NCBI GenBank assembly: GCA_046539845.1
Contig: JBKHGE010000005.1
Coordinates: forward strand, 12,937-76,936
Length of the DNA stretch: 64,000 bases
Direction of reading: 5' to 3'
Source of the DNA: Desulfonatronovibrionaceae bacterium
GTDB taxonomy: Bacteria > Desulfobacterota > Desulfovibrionia > Desulfovibrionales > Desulfonatronovibrionaceae
The notes beneath the pieces are model-generated. The model was given only the letters and a program-made list of their open reading frames with translations. It did no database searches and was not told the DNA's origin. The translations under genes and the position numbers were made by a program. Shown piece after piece: positions 19,128-28,620 of this stretch (positions within the stretch are counted from its first letter, which is position 1; the number at the start of each line of letters is the position of its first letter).

Positions 19128-19202
19128 AGAAAACAAATTGTCTCATGCCGGGCCGGATGCCAATTTCCGGTCCGGTCTTTCAGACGTGTAAAAGGCAGCG
19201 CA

Positions 19203-19757
19203 ATGTACATGCACAAACTCCTTAAGAGAATAAAAACAAGGTTGGGTCCGGCTGAAAAATCCTCTGATCGGGGCATATTTCTGTTTGAAAACACCAGTGA
19301 AGTCATTGCCGGGGAAGATGCGCTTAAGAGCGGGGGCTGGGAGATCAAGGTAATGGGGCCTCCTCCGGAGATACAAAAAGGATGCGACCTGGTTATTGAA
19401 TTTCCCCTGATCGAGCAGATGAATCTCTTGCGTACCCTTACCGAGCAAAACCTCCACCCCCTGGAAACGATACCCGTAACCGGACCATTGCTGAAGCCCG
19501 TGGACATTTACCAGATAAAGGACTTCGGGAAATTTCTCATGTGCCGAGCTGCGAATATGAAAATCACCGTGGACAAAAGCACCCGGATCATCGTGAACAT
19601 CTCCGGGGGAGGATGCCCGGATGTCCCCTATCTGGCCGCCAAGCTATGCGGGAAAAAAATCGAAGAAGCAACTCCGCCCCTCAAGCTCGGGCATACTTTA
19701 TGCGGATATGCGCTGGAAAAGGCCTATCAGGAGATAAGAAAACAATGCCGACCATAG
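19203..19757 (+). CDS. DUF3343-like (putative S/Se carrier) domain fused to a Cys-rich C-terminal domain
   Basis: N-terminal GIFLFENTSEVIAGEDALKSGGWEIKVMGPPPEIQKGCDLVIEF fits the DUF3343 pattern (P-x-P...C-[GD]). The C-terminal 100 aa carries GGGCPDVPYLAAKLCG, LCGY and QCRP. Confidence 0.6.
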   Translation: MYMHKLLKRIKTRLGPAEKSSDRGIFLFENTSEVIAGEDALKSGGWEIKVMGPPPEIQKGCDLVIEFPLIEQMNLLRTLTEQNLHPLETIPVTGPLLKPVDIYQIKDFGKFLMCRAANMKITVDKSTRIIVNISGGGCPDVPYLAAKLCGKKIEEATPPLKLGHTLCGYALEKAYQEIRKQCRP

Positions 19758-20599
19758 TGGGAACTGTACCCGAAGCCGGTTTTCCTCTCACATACGGAGA
19801 GGTGGATATAAAAGGCCGGGACATGTACATAGGAAAAAGAAAAGTCGCGGTAAACAGAGGCACCCCGGCCCTGGCGGCCGCTGCTTTCCATACTGCCATT
19901 GCGCTCGGGCGAAAAAGGCCTCGGGCGTATCTGGTGGGAGACATCGGCCTGGGAGACGGCAGTCGCGAACTGTATGCCTGGCTATCCGAAAATCTGGCTT
20001 ATACTGAACATGAAACCATTGTTTTTCACTATTTACAGCCGGATGTGGACTGGCAATTCAAGATATTGGAAGCAGCAAACAAAATGCCCCGGAAACCAAC
20101 CCTGATAGCGGACGCCGGTTTCATGTACGCGGCCAAGATGAGCGGACTGGCCGAGGAATACGATCTCTTTACCCCGGACTTGGGGGAGCTGGCCTTTCTG
20201 GCTGACGAACAGGCCCCTCACCCCTTTTATACCCGGGGATTTATCCTGCATGAAGATCAAAAGGCAGAAGATCTGGTAAAACTGGCCTACAAATATGGCA
20301 ATGCCGCCAGGCACATGCTGATCAAGGGAGCTGTGGATATGGTGGCCAGCAAGGAAGGGATCCTGTACAAAATAAGAGAACCCTCAAGCGAAAGTATGGA
20401 GGCAATTGGTGGTACAGGAGACACGATTACCGGAACAGTGGCCGCGCTCATCGCCTCTGGTCTGCCCATAGACAAAGCGTCTTACCGGGCCGCTCTCATA
20501 AACCGCTGGGCGGGAAAACTGGCTTTGCCAACGCCGGCTACGCCGGTCATAAACATTGTGGAAAAGCTGAAAACAGCCTGGGAAAAAACCCGAAGCTGA
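19745..20599 (+). CDS. ribokinase-superfamily protein resembling the YjeF C-terminal (NAD(P)HX dehydratase / carbohydrate kinase) domain
   Basis: From ATG 19745: MPTIVGTVPE. Has FTPDLGELAFL (compare TPNxxE) and a C-terminal GGTGDTITGTVAALIASG motif. It overlaps the DUF3343 gene by 13 nt. The track ORF from 19541 is an out-of-frame-overlap artefact. Confidence 0.6.
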   Translation: MPTIVGTVPEAGFPLTYGEVDIKGRDMYIGKRKVAVNRGTPALAAAAFHTAIALGRKRPRAYLVGDIGLGDGSRELYAWLSENLAYTEHETIVFHYLQPDVDWQFKILEAANKMPRKPTLIADAGFMYAAKMSGLAEEYDLFTPDLGELAFLADEQAPHPFYTRGFILHEDQKAEDLVKLAYKYGNAARHMLIKGAVDMVASKEGILYKIREPSSESMEAIGGTGDTITGTVAALIASGLPIDKASYRAALINRWAGKLALPTPATPVINIVEKLKTAWEKTRS

Positions 20600-20602
20600 C
20601 TC

Positions 20603-20881
20603 CTACACCAGGGCTTCTCTTATCTGGAAATAGGCAATCAAAAATTCCAGGAGCATCCGCCAGGCCAGCTCCCCCACAATCAGCAGCAAGAAAAGTACTC
20701 CGGCCACTCTTTTGCCCTTGCCCTCCCGAAGGAAAGCGGAATTTTCCTTTGCCTTACGAAAAGCCAGAATCATGATTACTGGACAGGCAACCGCCCCGAG
20801 ATAATAAACAAACATTAATATGTGCGGGCTGATCACGCTCTGAAAAGTCAGAAAATCAGCCAACATGTCCGAACCTTGCAT
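20603..20881 (-). CDS. small 2-3 TM membrane protein (DUF4282-like)
   Basis: 92-aa hydrophobic ORF convergent with the kinase-like gene. The family call is from memory of the FLTFQSVISPHILMFVYYLG pattern. Confidence 0.5.
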   Translation of the reverse strand: MQGSDMLADFLTFQSVISPHILMFVYYLGAVACPVIMILAFRKAKENSAFLREGKGKRVAGVLFLLLIVGELAWRMLLEFLIAYFQIREALV

Positions 20882-20942
20882 ATTTTTTCCTTAGCTTTAT
20901 ATTGCAACCGTCTTCACAACATATAAAACCGATCTGCAGAAA

Positions 20943-22316
20943 ATGGAAGAAAAAATCATAGCCGGAACAAGTATTAAAGACTGGGTCAATAAGTATCCGC
21001 TTTTAAAACCGATTATGTCCGGAGAGGAAGTCTTCTGGACCAACCCCGATTTAACCGCTTTTGAAATCGCTCGATCGGATACACAACTTACCATGCAGGA
21101 CATCCAGGAAGCGGACGCACTCCTGCATCGTTTCCGACCCTATCTGGCAAAGAGATTCCCGCAAACCCAAAAAACCGAAGGCATACTGGAATCACCGCTT
21201 ATACGGGTCCCAGAGCTAAAAAAGCGGCTCTGCACAGAGACAGGCACGGAGACGAACTTCAATTTTCTGCTTAAGGGTGACAATAACCTGCCCATATCCG
21301 GATCAATCAAAGCCAGGGGAGGTTTCTACGCCGTATTAAAGACCGCTGAAGAATTGGCCCTGGAAAAAGGTCATTTACGTAAAAACGATGACTATTCCCG
21401 GTTGACAGATAAAGAATTTAAAAAGTTCTTTTCCAAATTCGGTCTGACTGTCGGCTCCACCGGCAATCTGGGCCTGAGCATAGGAATAATGGGCGCGGCC
21501 TTGGGGTTTAAAACCTGTGTACATATGTCCGCGGAGGCCAGAGAGTGGAAAAAAGACCTTCTTAGAGAAAAAGGCGTCCAAGTGGTCGAACACTGCTCGG
21601 ATTACAGTTTGGCCGTGGAGCAGGGAAGAAAAGAAGCCCGGAATAATCCGGACATATTTTTCGTTGATGACGAAAATTCAGTGGACCTTTTTCTGGGGTA
21701 TGCAGTGGCCGCACTCCGGCTCAAGAAGGAGTTGAAAGAAATAGATATCAAGGTCGATAGCCAACACCCCCTTTTCGTTTACCTGCCCTGTGGAGTGGGC
21801 GGCGGTCCGGGGGGAATTACCTTCGGTCTGAAACAGGTGTTCGGGGATCACGTGCACTGCTTTTTTGCCGAGCCCACCTCCTCCCCATGCATGCTTTTGG
21901 GGCTTTTGAGCGGACTGCACAACCGGATAAGCGTACATGATTTCGGATTAAACAATGTTACCGCGGCGGACGGATTGGCGGTGGGACGGGCCTCGGCCTT
22001 CGTGGGCCGAACCCTGCAAAGGCAGATAAGCGGGGTCTACACGATTGGCGACAGGCTTATGTACAATCTTCTTGCTTTGAGCAAAGACACGGAAGGCATT
22101 GACCTGGAACCCTCGGCCCTGGCTGGAATGCCCGGGCCGTTCAGGCTTATGATGACTAGAGAAGGGCAAGACTATCTGCAAAAACAAAGGCTGGATATGC
22201 ACATGGCTAAAAGCACGCATATTGTCTGGATTACCGGAGGAGGCATGGTCCCGGAGGAAGAAATACAAAGATATTACGCGGCAGGCAAAAAAGGAAAAAT
22301 ACAAGATATCCTGTAG
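20943..22316 (+). CDS. dsdA: D-serine ammonia-lyase
   Basis: 457 aa. PLP-lysine motif PISGSIKARGG and the overall DsdA length and order. Confidence 0.85.
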   Translation: MEEKIIAGTSIKDWVNKYPLLKPIMSGEEVFWTNPDLTAFEIARSDTQLTMQDIQEADALLHRFRPYLAKRFPQTQKTEGILESPLIRVPELKKRLCTETGTETNFNFLLKGDNNLPISGSIKARGGFYAVLKTAEELALEKGHLRKNDDYSRLTDKEFKKFFSKFGLTVGSTGNLGLSIGIMGAALGFKTCVHMSAEAREWKKDLLREKGVQVVEHCSDYSLAVEQGRKEARNNPDIFFVDDENSVDLFLGYAVAALRLKKELKEIDIKVDSQHPLFVYLPCGVGGGPGGITFGLKQVFGDHVHCFFAEPTSSPCMLLGLLSGLHNRISVHDFGLNNVTAADGLAVGRASAFVGRTLQRQISGVYTIGDRLMYNLLALSKDTEGIDLEPSALAGMPGPFRLMMTREGQDYLQKQRLDMHMAKSTHIVWITGGGMVPEEEIQRYYAAGKKGKIQDIL

Positions 22317-22329
22317 CGGACATCCCCTT

Positions 22330-23064
22330 TTATTTTCCCGTATCCTCCCGTAATGGGTACTTGCCGCAGGTGAATTTCTCCCCTTCCGGGCAATATCCCA
22401 GCCGTTCACACTTCGGTCCAGCGGCAGCAAAAATGACCGGCAGTTCCTGGCGCATGATATGCAACATGGACCAGGCCAGCCTGCGGATTTCCCACTGCGC
22501 CCGTTCGCAGCAACGGAGTTCAAAGAAATGCAGCAGGCTGCGGCAGTTCATGGTGACCACGATCTTGGATTCCGCCGCCTGAGGCAGGACAAAACGAGCA
22601 TCCTCATTGGCCTTTTTCCCTCTGCTGTTCTCGGTCAAAATACTCTGCAGATCCGCATATACCGCGTTGACTTCGTCAATAAAACGCTCAAAGCGTTCCC
22701 TGGCCTCGGGGATGCGGGCAATGGCCGGGGGGATTATATAATCCAGATCGTTTTCCGCCACGTATCGCTGGCTCTGCTGGGAATATGAAGCCAGACGGTG
22801 CCGGACCAGCTGATGGGTCAGGGCCCGGGACACCCCCTGGACCGCAAATGTGTAGGAAACGTGTTCTACCGGGCTCTCGTGCCCGGATTCCAGGACCTTG
22901 GCGATAAACTTACACTGCTTCTCCCTGGACACACTACCCTGTTTCAAATCCGGCCACAAATCCCCAACAAACCCCGGGCTATAGCACTGTCTGAAGGCCG
23001 CATATATGAGGGATTCGGCATCCGGAGTCCCGGAAAGGAGCTTTACTTCCTGTTCTTTTTGCAT
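22330..23064 (-). CDS. thyX: FAD-dependent thymidylate synthase
   Basis: ThyX signature RHRLASYSQQSQRY (RHRxxSxxxxSxR). Confidence 0.9.
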   Translation of the reverse strand: MQKEQEVKLLSGTPDAESLIYAAFRQCYSPGFVGDLWPDLKQGSVSREKQCKFIAKVLESGHESPVEHVSYTFAVQGVSRALTHQLVRHRLASYSQQSQRYVAENDLDYIIPPAIARIPEARERFERFIDEVNAVYADLQSILTENSRGKKANEDARFVLPQAAESKIVVTMNCRSLLHFFELRCCERAQWEIRRLAWSMLHIMRQELPVIFAAAGPKCERLGYCPEGEKFTCGKYPLREDTGK

Positions 23065-23065
23065 A

Positions 23066-24067
23066 TCATTCTCCGCCGCCAGTGTTCAGGGGAAGTTTGC
23101 CCAATCTCTCCAATTTGAGGTTTAAATGCGCGTATGCCTTTTGCGTGGCCATTCTGCCCCTGGACGTCCTTTTCAGAAAACCGCGCTGAATAAGAAATGG
23201 CTCGTAGATCTCCTCAATGGTTCGCACCTCTTCGGAACAGGCCGCGGCAATGCTTTTCACCCCAACCGGCCCGCCGGAAAAATGGGATATAATACACTCG
23301 AGTATCTTACGATCCATGCAGTCCAGACCGCTTTTGTCCACATCCATTGTCTCCAGGGATGCAGAAGCGGTTTGGGCGTCAATTTCTTTTCGTCCCTCGA
23401 CCAGGGCGAAATCGCGCACCCGGCGTAACAGACGATTGGCGATCCTGGGAGTACCGCGGGAACGACGGCCGATTTCCAGGGCCCCGTTTTCGGTCAATTC
23501 TACTTCCATGATCCGGGCCGAACGACTGACTATAGTGGCCAGCTCCTGCGGGGAATAAAAATCAAGCCGGCAGATGACTCCGAACCGGTCCCGGAGCGGG
23601 GAGGTCAAAAGTCCGATACGTGTGGTTGCCCCGACCAGGGTGAACGGCTCCAAATCGATCTTGACCGTGCGTGCCCCCGGTCCCTGGCCGATAATAAGGT
23701 CCAGCTTGAAGTCCTCCATGCCCGGATACAATATCTCCTCCACACTGGCCGGCATACGATGGATCTCGTCGATAAACAGGATGTCGTTGCGATTCAAGTT
23801 GGTAATAATGGCCGCTAGATCACCGCTTTTTTCCAAAACCGGCCCCGAGGTGCTCACCATGTTCACCCCCAGCTCGCTGGCCATGATCTGGGCCAGGGTG
23901 GTCTTGCCCAGCCCGGGATTACCGTAGAGCAGGGTATGGTCCAGGTGCTGACCGCGTTCCAATGCGGCCCGCAGATATACCTCCAGATTCTGACGGACAT
24001 CGTTCTGGCCCACGAAATCAGAAAGCCGTGTGGGACGGATATTCTCCTCAAATGTATGCCCGGTCAT
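23066..24067 (-). CDS. ruvB: Holliday junction branch migration helicase RuvB
   Basis: AAA+ Walker [12 protein letters not shown], Walker B LFIDEIHR. Full-length similarity pattern to RuvB. Confidence 0.95.
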   Translation of the reverse strand: MTGHTFEENIRPTRLSDFVGQNDVRQNLEVYLRAALERGQHLDHTLLYGNPGLGKTTLAQIMASELGVNMVSTSGPVLEKSGDLAAIITNLNRNDILFIDEIHRMPASVEEILYPGMEDFKLDLIIGQGPGARTVKIDLEPFTLVGATTRIGLLTSPLRDRFGVICRLDFYSPQELATIVSRSARIMEVELTENGALEIGRRSRGTPRIANRLLRRVRDFALVEGRKEIDAQTASASLETMDVDKSGLDCMDRKILECIISHFSGGPVGVKSIAAACSEEVRTIEEIYEPFLIQRGFLKRTSRGRMATQKAYAHLNLKLERLGKLPLNTGGGE

Positions 24068-24672
24068 TGTCTTTCCTGCGCCTTTAATTTCAGTACCGCC
24101 CTGATCGCCCCGGAAACATCCATATCCGGATCCTCTTCCAGAACCCGGGTTACTAGGGCCCCTACTTCAGCCGAGCCGTATCCGAGAGTGGCCAACCCGG
24201 ACAAAACATCGGCATGCACCGATTTGCCTGCATCTGCAGGATATACGGTGCCTGCCGGACCGGGATGGACAAAGTCCAGACGGTCTTTCAGATCCAGAAG
24301 GATGCGCCTGGCCGTCTTGGCACCGATCCCCGGGACCGAAGCAAGGGCCCTCTCGTCATTGGCGGCGGCCAGCCCGGAGAGTTCACACGGGGTAAAACAA
24401 TTGAGCATGGCCAGGGCGGTCTTGGGACCCAGCTTGGGCAGATCCACGAGCACTGCAAAGGTCTCCCGCTCCTCCCAGGTCAAAAAACCATACAGCTCCA
24501 GGGCGTCCTCCCGGACAACCGTGTACACAAAAATCTCAGCCTCGTCACTCGCCTGCAGTCCCTGCAGCCCCCGGGGGGACAAAAACACCTCATAGCCCAC
24601 CCCCTGACCGGTGACCAGTAAACAGGAACGCCCTTTGGCCCGTAGTACAGTGCCTTTCAGATAAGCGATCAT
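24064..24672 (-). CDS. ruvA: Holliday junction DNA-binding protein RuvA
   Basis: MIAYLKGTV... OB-fold N-terminus and HhH motifs ([13 protein letters not shown]). 4-nt overlaps with both ruvB and ruvC. Confidence 0.9.
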   Translation of the reverse strand: MIAYLKGTVLRAKGRSCLLVTGQGVGYEVFLSPRGLQGLQASDEAEIFVYTVVREDALELYGFLTWEERETFAVLVDLPKLGPKTALAMLNCFTPCELSGLAAANDERALASVPGIGAKTARRILLDLKDRLDFVHPGPAGTVYPADAGKSVHADVLSGLATLGYGSAEVGALVTRVLEEDPDMDVSGAIRAVLKLKAQERQ

Positions 24673-25169
24673 TTCCCACCCGTACTCAGCATGACAAAAC
24701 GCTTTTGATTCAAATAAGTTATGGCCACAGCCAGGGCGTCACTGCTGTCTTGGGACCAATCCGGCCTTGCGCCCAAAAGCCGACCGACCATGAAGGCCAC
24801 CTGGTCTTTGCCCGCCCGGCCCTGGCCGACCAGGGACTTTTTGACCAGCGTGGGCTGGAACGAATGCACCGGGATACCCCGGGAGGTGCAGGCCACAACA
24901 ACCGCCCCCCGGGCCTGTCCCAGTTTGAGGGCGGAAGCGGCGTTATAGGCGGTGAACACGTCTTCGATGGCCGCACATTGCGGTCTGTATTCTTCCAGTA
25001 CCTCCCGGGTACGGGAAAAGATATACCCCAGCCTTTCGGCCAGAGGATCCTTGGCTGGCGGCCGAATGGTCCCGGCATACAAAAGCTCCAGGCAGCCGGA
25101 ATCCTCCCGGATCACCCCCACTCCTGTGCATCTGGAGCCCGGGTCCAGGCCGACTACAATACTGTTCAG
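24669..25169 (-). CDS. ruvC: crossover junction endodeoxyribonuclease RuvC (non-canonical start: CTG 25169 or ATT 25160)
   Basis: The frame upstream of the track start (GTG 25121) reads LNSIVVGLDPGSRCTGVGVIRED. That segment contains the conserved GxDPG catalytic-Asp motif. There is no ATG/GTG/TTG between it and the in-frame yebC stop at 25230. Confidence 0.8.
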   Translation of the reverse strand: MNSIVVGLDPGSRCTGVGVIREDSGCLELLYAGTIRPPAKDPLAERLGYIFSRTREVLEEYRPQCAAIEDVFTAYNAASALKLGQARGAVVVACTSRGIPVHSFQPTLVKKSLVGQGRAGKDQVAFMVGRLLGARPDWSQDSSDALAVAITYLNQKRFVMLSTGGK

Positions 25170-25229
25170 CGCCTTTCTTCCCTTGAGAATAGCTGTGCTC
25201 CTGGTTTTGTCCGCGTGGCTCGCCCCGGG

Positions 25230-25982
25230 CTAGTCGGCCTGAAGCTCCTGATAGGCTTCGTCAGTCAGTTCAAAATTGGCATACACATTCTGGACATCGT
25301 CATGATCATCCAGTTTATCATACACATCCAAAAGCTTTCTCCCGGTCTCCGCATCCACGGACACGTAATTCTGGGGGACCATGGTAATCTCTGCCTCGGA
25401 AAACTCCATCCCGCTGTTTTCAAAGGCCTGTCTCACTGAACTGTAGTCCTCGGGAGCGCAGCGCACCTGCCAGACCTCGCCGTCGTCCCGGATATCGTCA
25501 ATACCGGCCTCCAAACCGACCTCCATTATCTGCTCCTCGGAGTATTTTCCCTTGTCAAAGGAAAGCACCCCCATTTTCTCGAACATCCAAGCCACGCATC
25601 CGGACTCACCCATGGAGCCGCCGCCCTTGCTCAAGATATGCCTTATCTCGGCCACGGTCCGATTCTTGTTGTCTGTGGCCGCTTCAATCAGCATGGCTAC
25701 TCCCCCCGGACCGTAGCCCTCATATGTCACTTCCTCTATGCTGTCCGCGGCCAGCTCTCCGGTTCCCTTCTTGATCGCGGTTTCTCTTCTGTCCTTAGGC
25801 ATATTCACCGCCTTGGCCGACTCCAAGGCGGCCCGGAGGCGCACATTATGCTCCGGATCTCCACCGCCCTCGCGTGCGGCCAAAATGATCTCCTTGGCCG
25901 CCTTGGTGAACATCTTGCCTTTTTTAGCGTCCTGGCGCCCCTTGCGGTGCTGTATATTATGCCATTTGCTGTGTCCTGCCAT
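25230..25982 (-). CDS. yebC: YebC/PmpR family DNA-binding transcriptional regulator
   Basis: MAGHSKWHNIQHRKGRQDAKKGKMFTK is the invariant YebC N-terminus. Sits in the conserved yebC-ruvCAB synteny. Confidence 0.9.
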   Translation of the reverse strand: MAGHSKWHNIQHRKGRQDAKKGKMFTKAAKEIILAAREGGGDPEHNVRLRAALESAKAVNMPKDRRETAIKKGTGELAADSIEEVTYEGYGPGGVAMLIEAATDNKNRTVAEIRHILSKGGGSMGESGCVAWMFEKMGVLSFDKGKYSEEQIMEVGLEAGIDDIRDDGEVWQVRCAPEDYSSVRQAFENSGMEFSEAEITMVPQNYVSVDAETGRKLLDVYDKLDDHDDVQNVYANFELTDEAYQELQAD

Positions 25983-26010
25983 TCTATCCTCCCAAAAAGA
26001 CGTATCCTAA

Positions 26011-26709
26011 CTATTCACGCGGTTTGAGTTCCATGGCCAAAAAAAACATCTCCTTGCTTTCGGCCCGCGAACTCTTGGGCTTGAACTGCTTGACCCTCTT
26101 GAATTCAAGCTTCATCAGCCGGGCCAGCTCCTGAGAATCCGGACCCTGAAATATCTTGACCACCAAGTGTCCGCCGGGGCGGAGCCAATTCAGGGACAGC
26201 TCAAAGGCACTCTCAGCCAGGCGGTGGGACCGGGCCTGGTCGGTGAATTTGATCCCCGTGGTCTGCGGGGCCATATCGCTCAAAAAGACATCAAAAGGGG
26301 CAAGCTCTTTTGCCCGGTGCAGAAACTCCGAGTCCTCAGAAAATATATCCTCCTGAAAAAAAATCACATTCCCGGGCACGGCCACCTGCAGGGGATTTAG
26401 ATCCAAAGCCAGGACCCGTCCCTTTTTCCCGACCCTTTCCGCGGCATACATGGTCCAGGACCCCGGGGCGGCACCAAGATCAATGATCTTCTGGCCGGGG
26501 GTGAACAATTTGAAACGGCGGTCCATGTCCTTGAGCTTGTACACGGACCGGGCCGGATAGTTGTCTTTTTTTGCTTTTTTAAAGTAATAGTCCCTGTATT
26601 CCTTCATTAGATTCCGCCTGGGAATGGTTTGCCGCCCCCCTTTTTTCCAGACAAGGCCGGACCGGCTTGGGCGAAAAGCACTATAGGGATTAAATGCGCA
26701 CTCCGTCAA
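26011..26709 (-). CDS. rlmE: 23S rRNA (uridine-2'-O)-methyltransferase RlmE/FtsJ
   Basis: RSVYKL...DLGAAPGSWT SAM motif, DMAP...G catalytic region. The start is either ATG 26709 or ATG 26607. Alignment by eye to the E. coli N-terminus (RWLxEH..D.Y) favours the longer form. Confidence 0.85.
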   Translation of the reverse strand: MTECAFNPYSAFRPSRSGLVWKKGGRQTIPRRNLMKEYRDYYFKKAKKDNYPARSVYKLKDMDRRFKLFTPGQKIIDLGAAPGSWTMYAAERVGKKGRVLALDLNPLQVAVPGNVIFFQEDIFSEDSEFLHRAKELAPFDVFLSDMAPQTTGIKFTDQARSHRLAESAFELSLNWLRPGGHLVVKIFQGPDSQELARLMKLEFKRVKQFKPKSSRAESKEMFFLAMELKPRE

Positions 26710-27037
26710 TAAACCCTCCGGGATTGAAGGGGTGTTTTATCCTTGAACCCGGACCGCAACTTGGCTATCAATAAAAAGTATCTCAAAATAAGTAGCCGGT
26801 CATTTTCTGCATGACTGCTGAAAAAACACCTTAAGCTGGCAACCTGTACCCTTATCGCAAGGGACGGGGCAAAATGATCAAAACCGCTTAACGATTGTCT
26901 TATATTTAAGGATCTTAACTCTTACCGCTTTTACTGCCGACAGGAGGCTTTTAGCAGGCTGGGAAAGACATCACCTGTTTTTAGGATCAAAAAAATGAAA
27001 TGCCGGGCAGGCCCTTTGACCCGGCGGAGTAAAATAC

Positions 27038-28294
27038 ATGCCAAACTCAAACGGCGACCAATCCAAGCACGAGCTCCAGGCACGCATTGCAAAGCTGGAA
27101 GAAGAATTGGACAAAACCCGTAGGACAGCGGAGGAGGCCAACAGGGCCAAGTCCAATTTTTTGGCGGTCATGAGCCATGAGCTACGCACTCCCCTGAACG
27201 CTATAATCGGATTCACCGACCTATTACTGGAGACTCCATTGGATAAAAAGCAGGAAGAGTACGCCAGGATAATCACTGAATCCGGGCGCAAACTCTGGGC
27301 CCAGATCGGGGACCTTTTGGAGCTGTCCCGAATCGAATCCGGAGAGGAAGAAGTCAAAACCGCCCCGGTGCAGATAAGGCAGCTGCTGGAGACTGATTTG
27401 CGTTTTTTGGGCTCCCTGGCCCGGGAAAAGGGTCTAAAATTCGTTTACCATATCTCTGAAACCGTGCCCCGGACCATTTTGTCCGACTCCAGTGCCCTGC
27501 GCCAAATCCTCCTTAACCTAGTAAAAAACGCCATTAAATACACCGAAGAGGGCGGGATCCAGGTAAACGCGGATATCGAGGCCAAGACCGACGACCAAAA
27601 CACCTTAATCCTGCAAGTACAAGACACCGGGATAGGGATTGAGACCGCTGACCTGGAAAAGATTTTCTCTCCATTCTCCCAGGCGGACAGCTCCTTTACG
27701 CGGCAGTTCAGCGGGACCGGACTGGGGCTGACCATAAGCCGCAATCTGGCCCGCTGCCTGAACGGAGATATTCAGGTGCAAAGCGCTCCGGACACTGGGA
27801 GCACGTTTACTCTCTTCATCCCTCTCATTGTGGCTCAACCCGAGGAAGAAGACCAAAATCAGGCCCTCCTCCGGAGAGAACCCCTTTCTTTTGCAGGGCA
27901 AAGCCCTGTTCTCCGTGTACTTGTGGCCGAAGACGACCCCTTAAACCGAAAACTCATCTCCACCTTCCTCAAGTCCCTGGGTCATGAATTTGAAATGGTT
28001 GAAAACGGCCGGGAGGCAGTACGCTCGGCCGGGGAAAAGGACTACGATATAATCCTTATGGACCTGCATATGCCGGTAATGGGCGGCATGGAGGCGGCCC
28101 AAGAAATTTATGCATCCGAAAACAGCCCCGCCTCCCCGGTTATAATCGCCATGACCGCGGACGCAAGAAAAGACATCGTCAGAGAATGCCTGGAGTCAGG
28201 AATAGCGGACTATCTGACCAAGCCGTTCGAAAAAGCCGAGCTAAAGCGGGTTCTTAAGAAATGGAAAGACCGACGGGATTGCGGCCGGGACTAG
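27038..28294 (+). CDS. cytoplasmic hybrid histidine kinase (coiled coil, HisKA, HATPase_c, REC)
   Basis: H-box MSHELRTPLNAIIGFTDLL, N/G boxes (NLVKNAIKYT, GTGLGLTISR), and a C-terminal receiver (VLVAEDDPLNRKL...ILMDLHMPVMGG...TKP). No TM segments. Confidence 0.85.
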   Translation: MPNSNGDQSKHELQARIAKLEEELDKTRRTAEEANRAKSNFLAVMSHELRTPLNAIIGFTDLLLETPLDKKQEEYARIITESGRKLWAQIGDLLELSRIESGEEEVKTAPVQIRQLLETDLRFLGSLAREKGLKFVYHISETVPRTILSDSSALRQILLNLVKNAIKYTEEGGIQVNADIEAKTDDQNTLILQVQDTGIGIETADLEKIFSPFSQADSSFTRQFSGTGLGLTISRNLARCLNGDIQVQSAPDTGSTFTLFIPLIVAQPEEEDQNQALLRREPLSFAGQSPVLRVLVAEDDPLNRKLISTFLKSLGHEFEMVENGREAVRSAGEKDYDIILMDLHMPVMGGMEAAQEIYASENSPASPVIIAMTADARKDIVRECLESGIADYLTKPFEKAELKRVLKKWKDRRDCGRD

Positions 28295-28620
28295 ACCGGA
28301 GTCGGCCCGAACTGACTGCTGAACAACCCCAAGGGGCGGCACAAAAAAAGCAAGACCTTAAGCATAGTTAGCCGACTTTGAATATTCCTCTGCCGCCTTC
28401 TGGCATTAAGCAATTCAAAAGTGGGCCGGTAACGCCACTGTGGCTCCCAGACATTTGCTATGGATTTTATCCGCCTTGATTTTCTTCGGATGCCTTTAAT
28501 CGGCAATTGAACATAAATTGAGGATCAGACGGAGGAGATATAAATAACCATCAGGCTCATCCAAGGCCCATTTTTCTGCTCAAAGAGACAACCACTGTTT
28601 AGGTGCAAAGAGGCTAGCCA

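Noticed and set aside
26837-26860. Sigma-54-like TGGCAA...TCGCA in the rlmE/kinase intergenic region, and a similar TGGCAC at about 30377.
   Set aside because: The GC of the -12 element is not at the required 10-11 nt spacing from the GG in either case.
26710-27037. 330-nt intergenic region checked for a known ncRNA (SRP RNA, 6S, tmRNA, RNase P).
   Set aside because: I recognised no conserved motifs of these RNAs. The only structure is a small hairpin (GCCGGG...CCCGGC at about 27002..27025) next to the kinase RBS. A covariance-model scan would be needed to say more.
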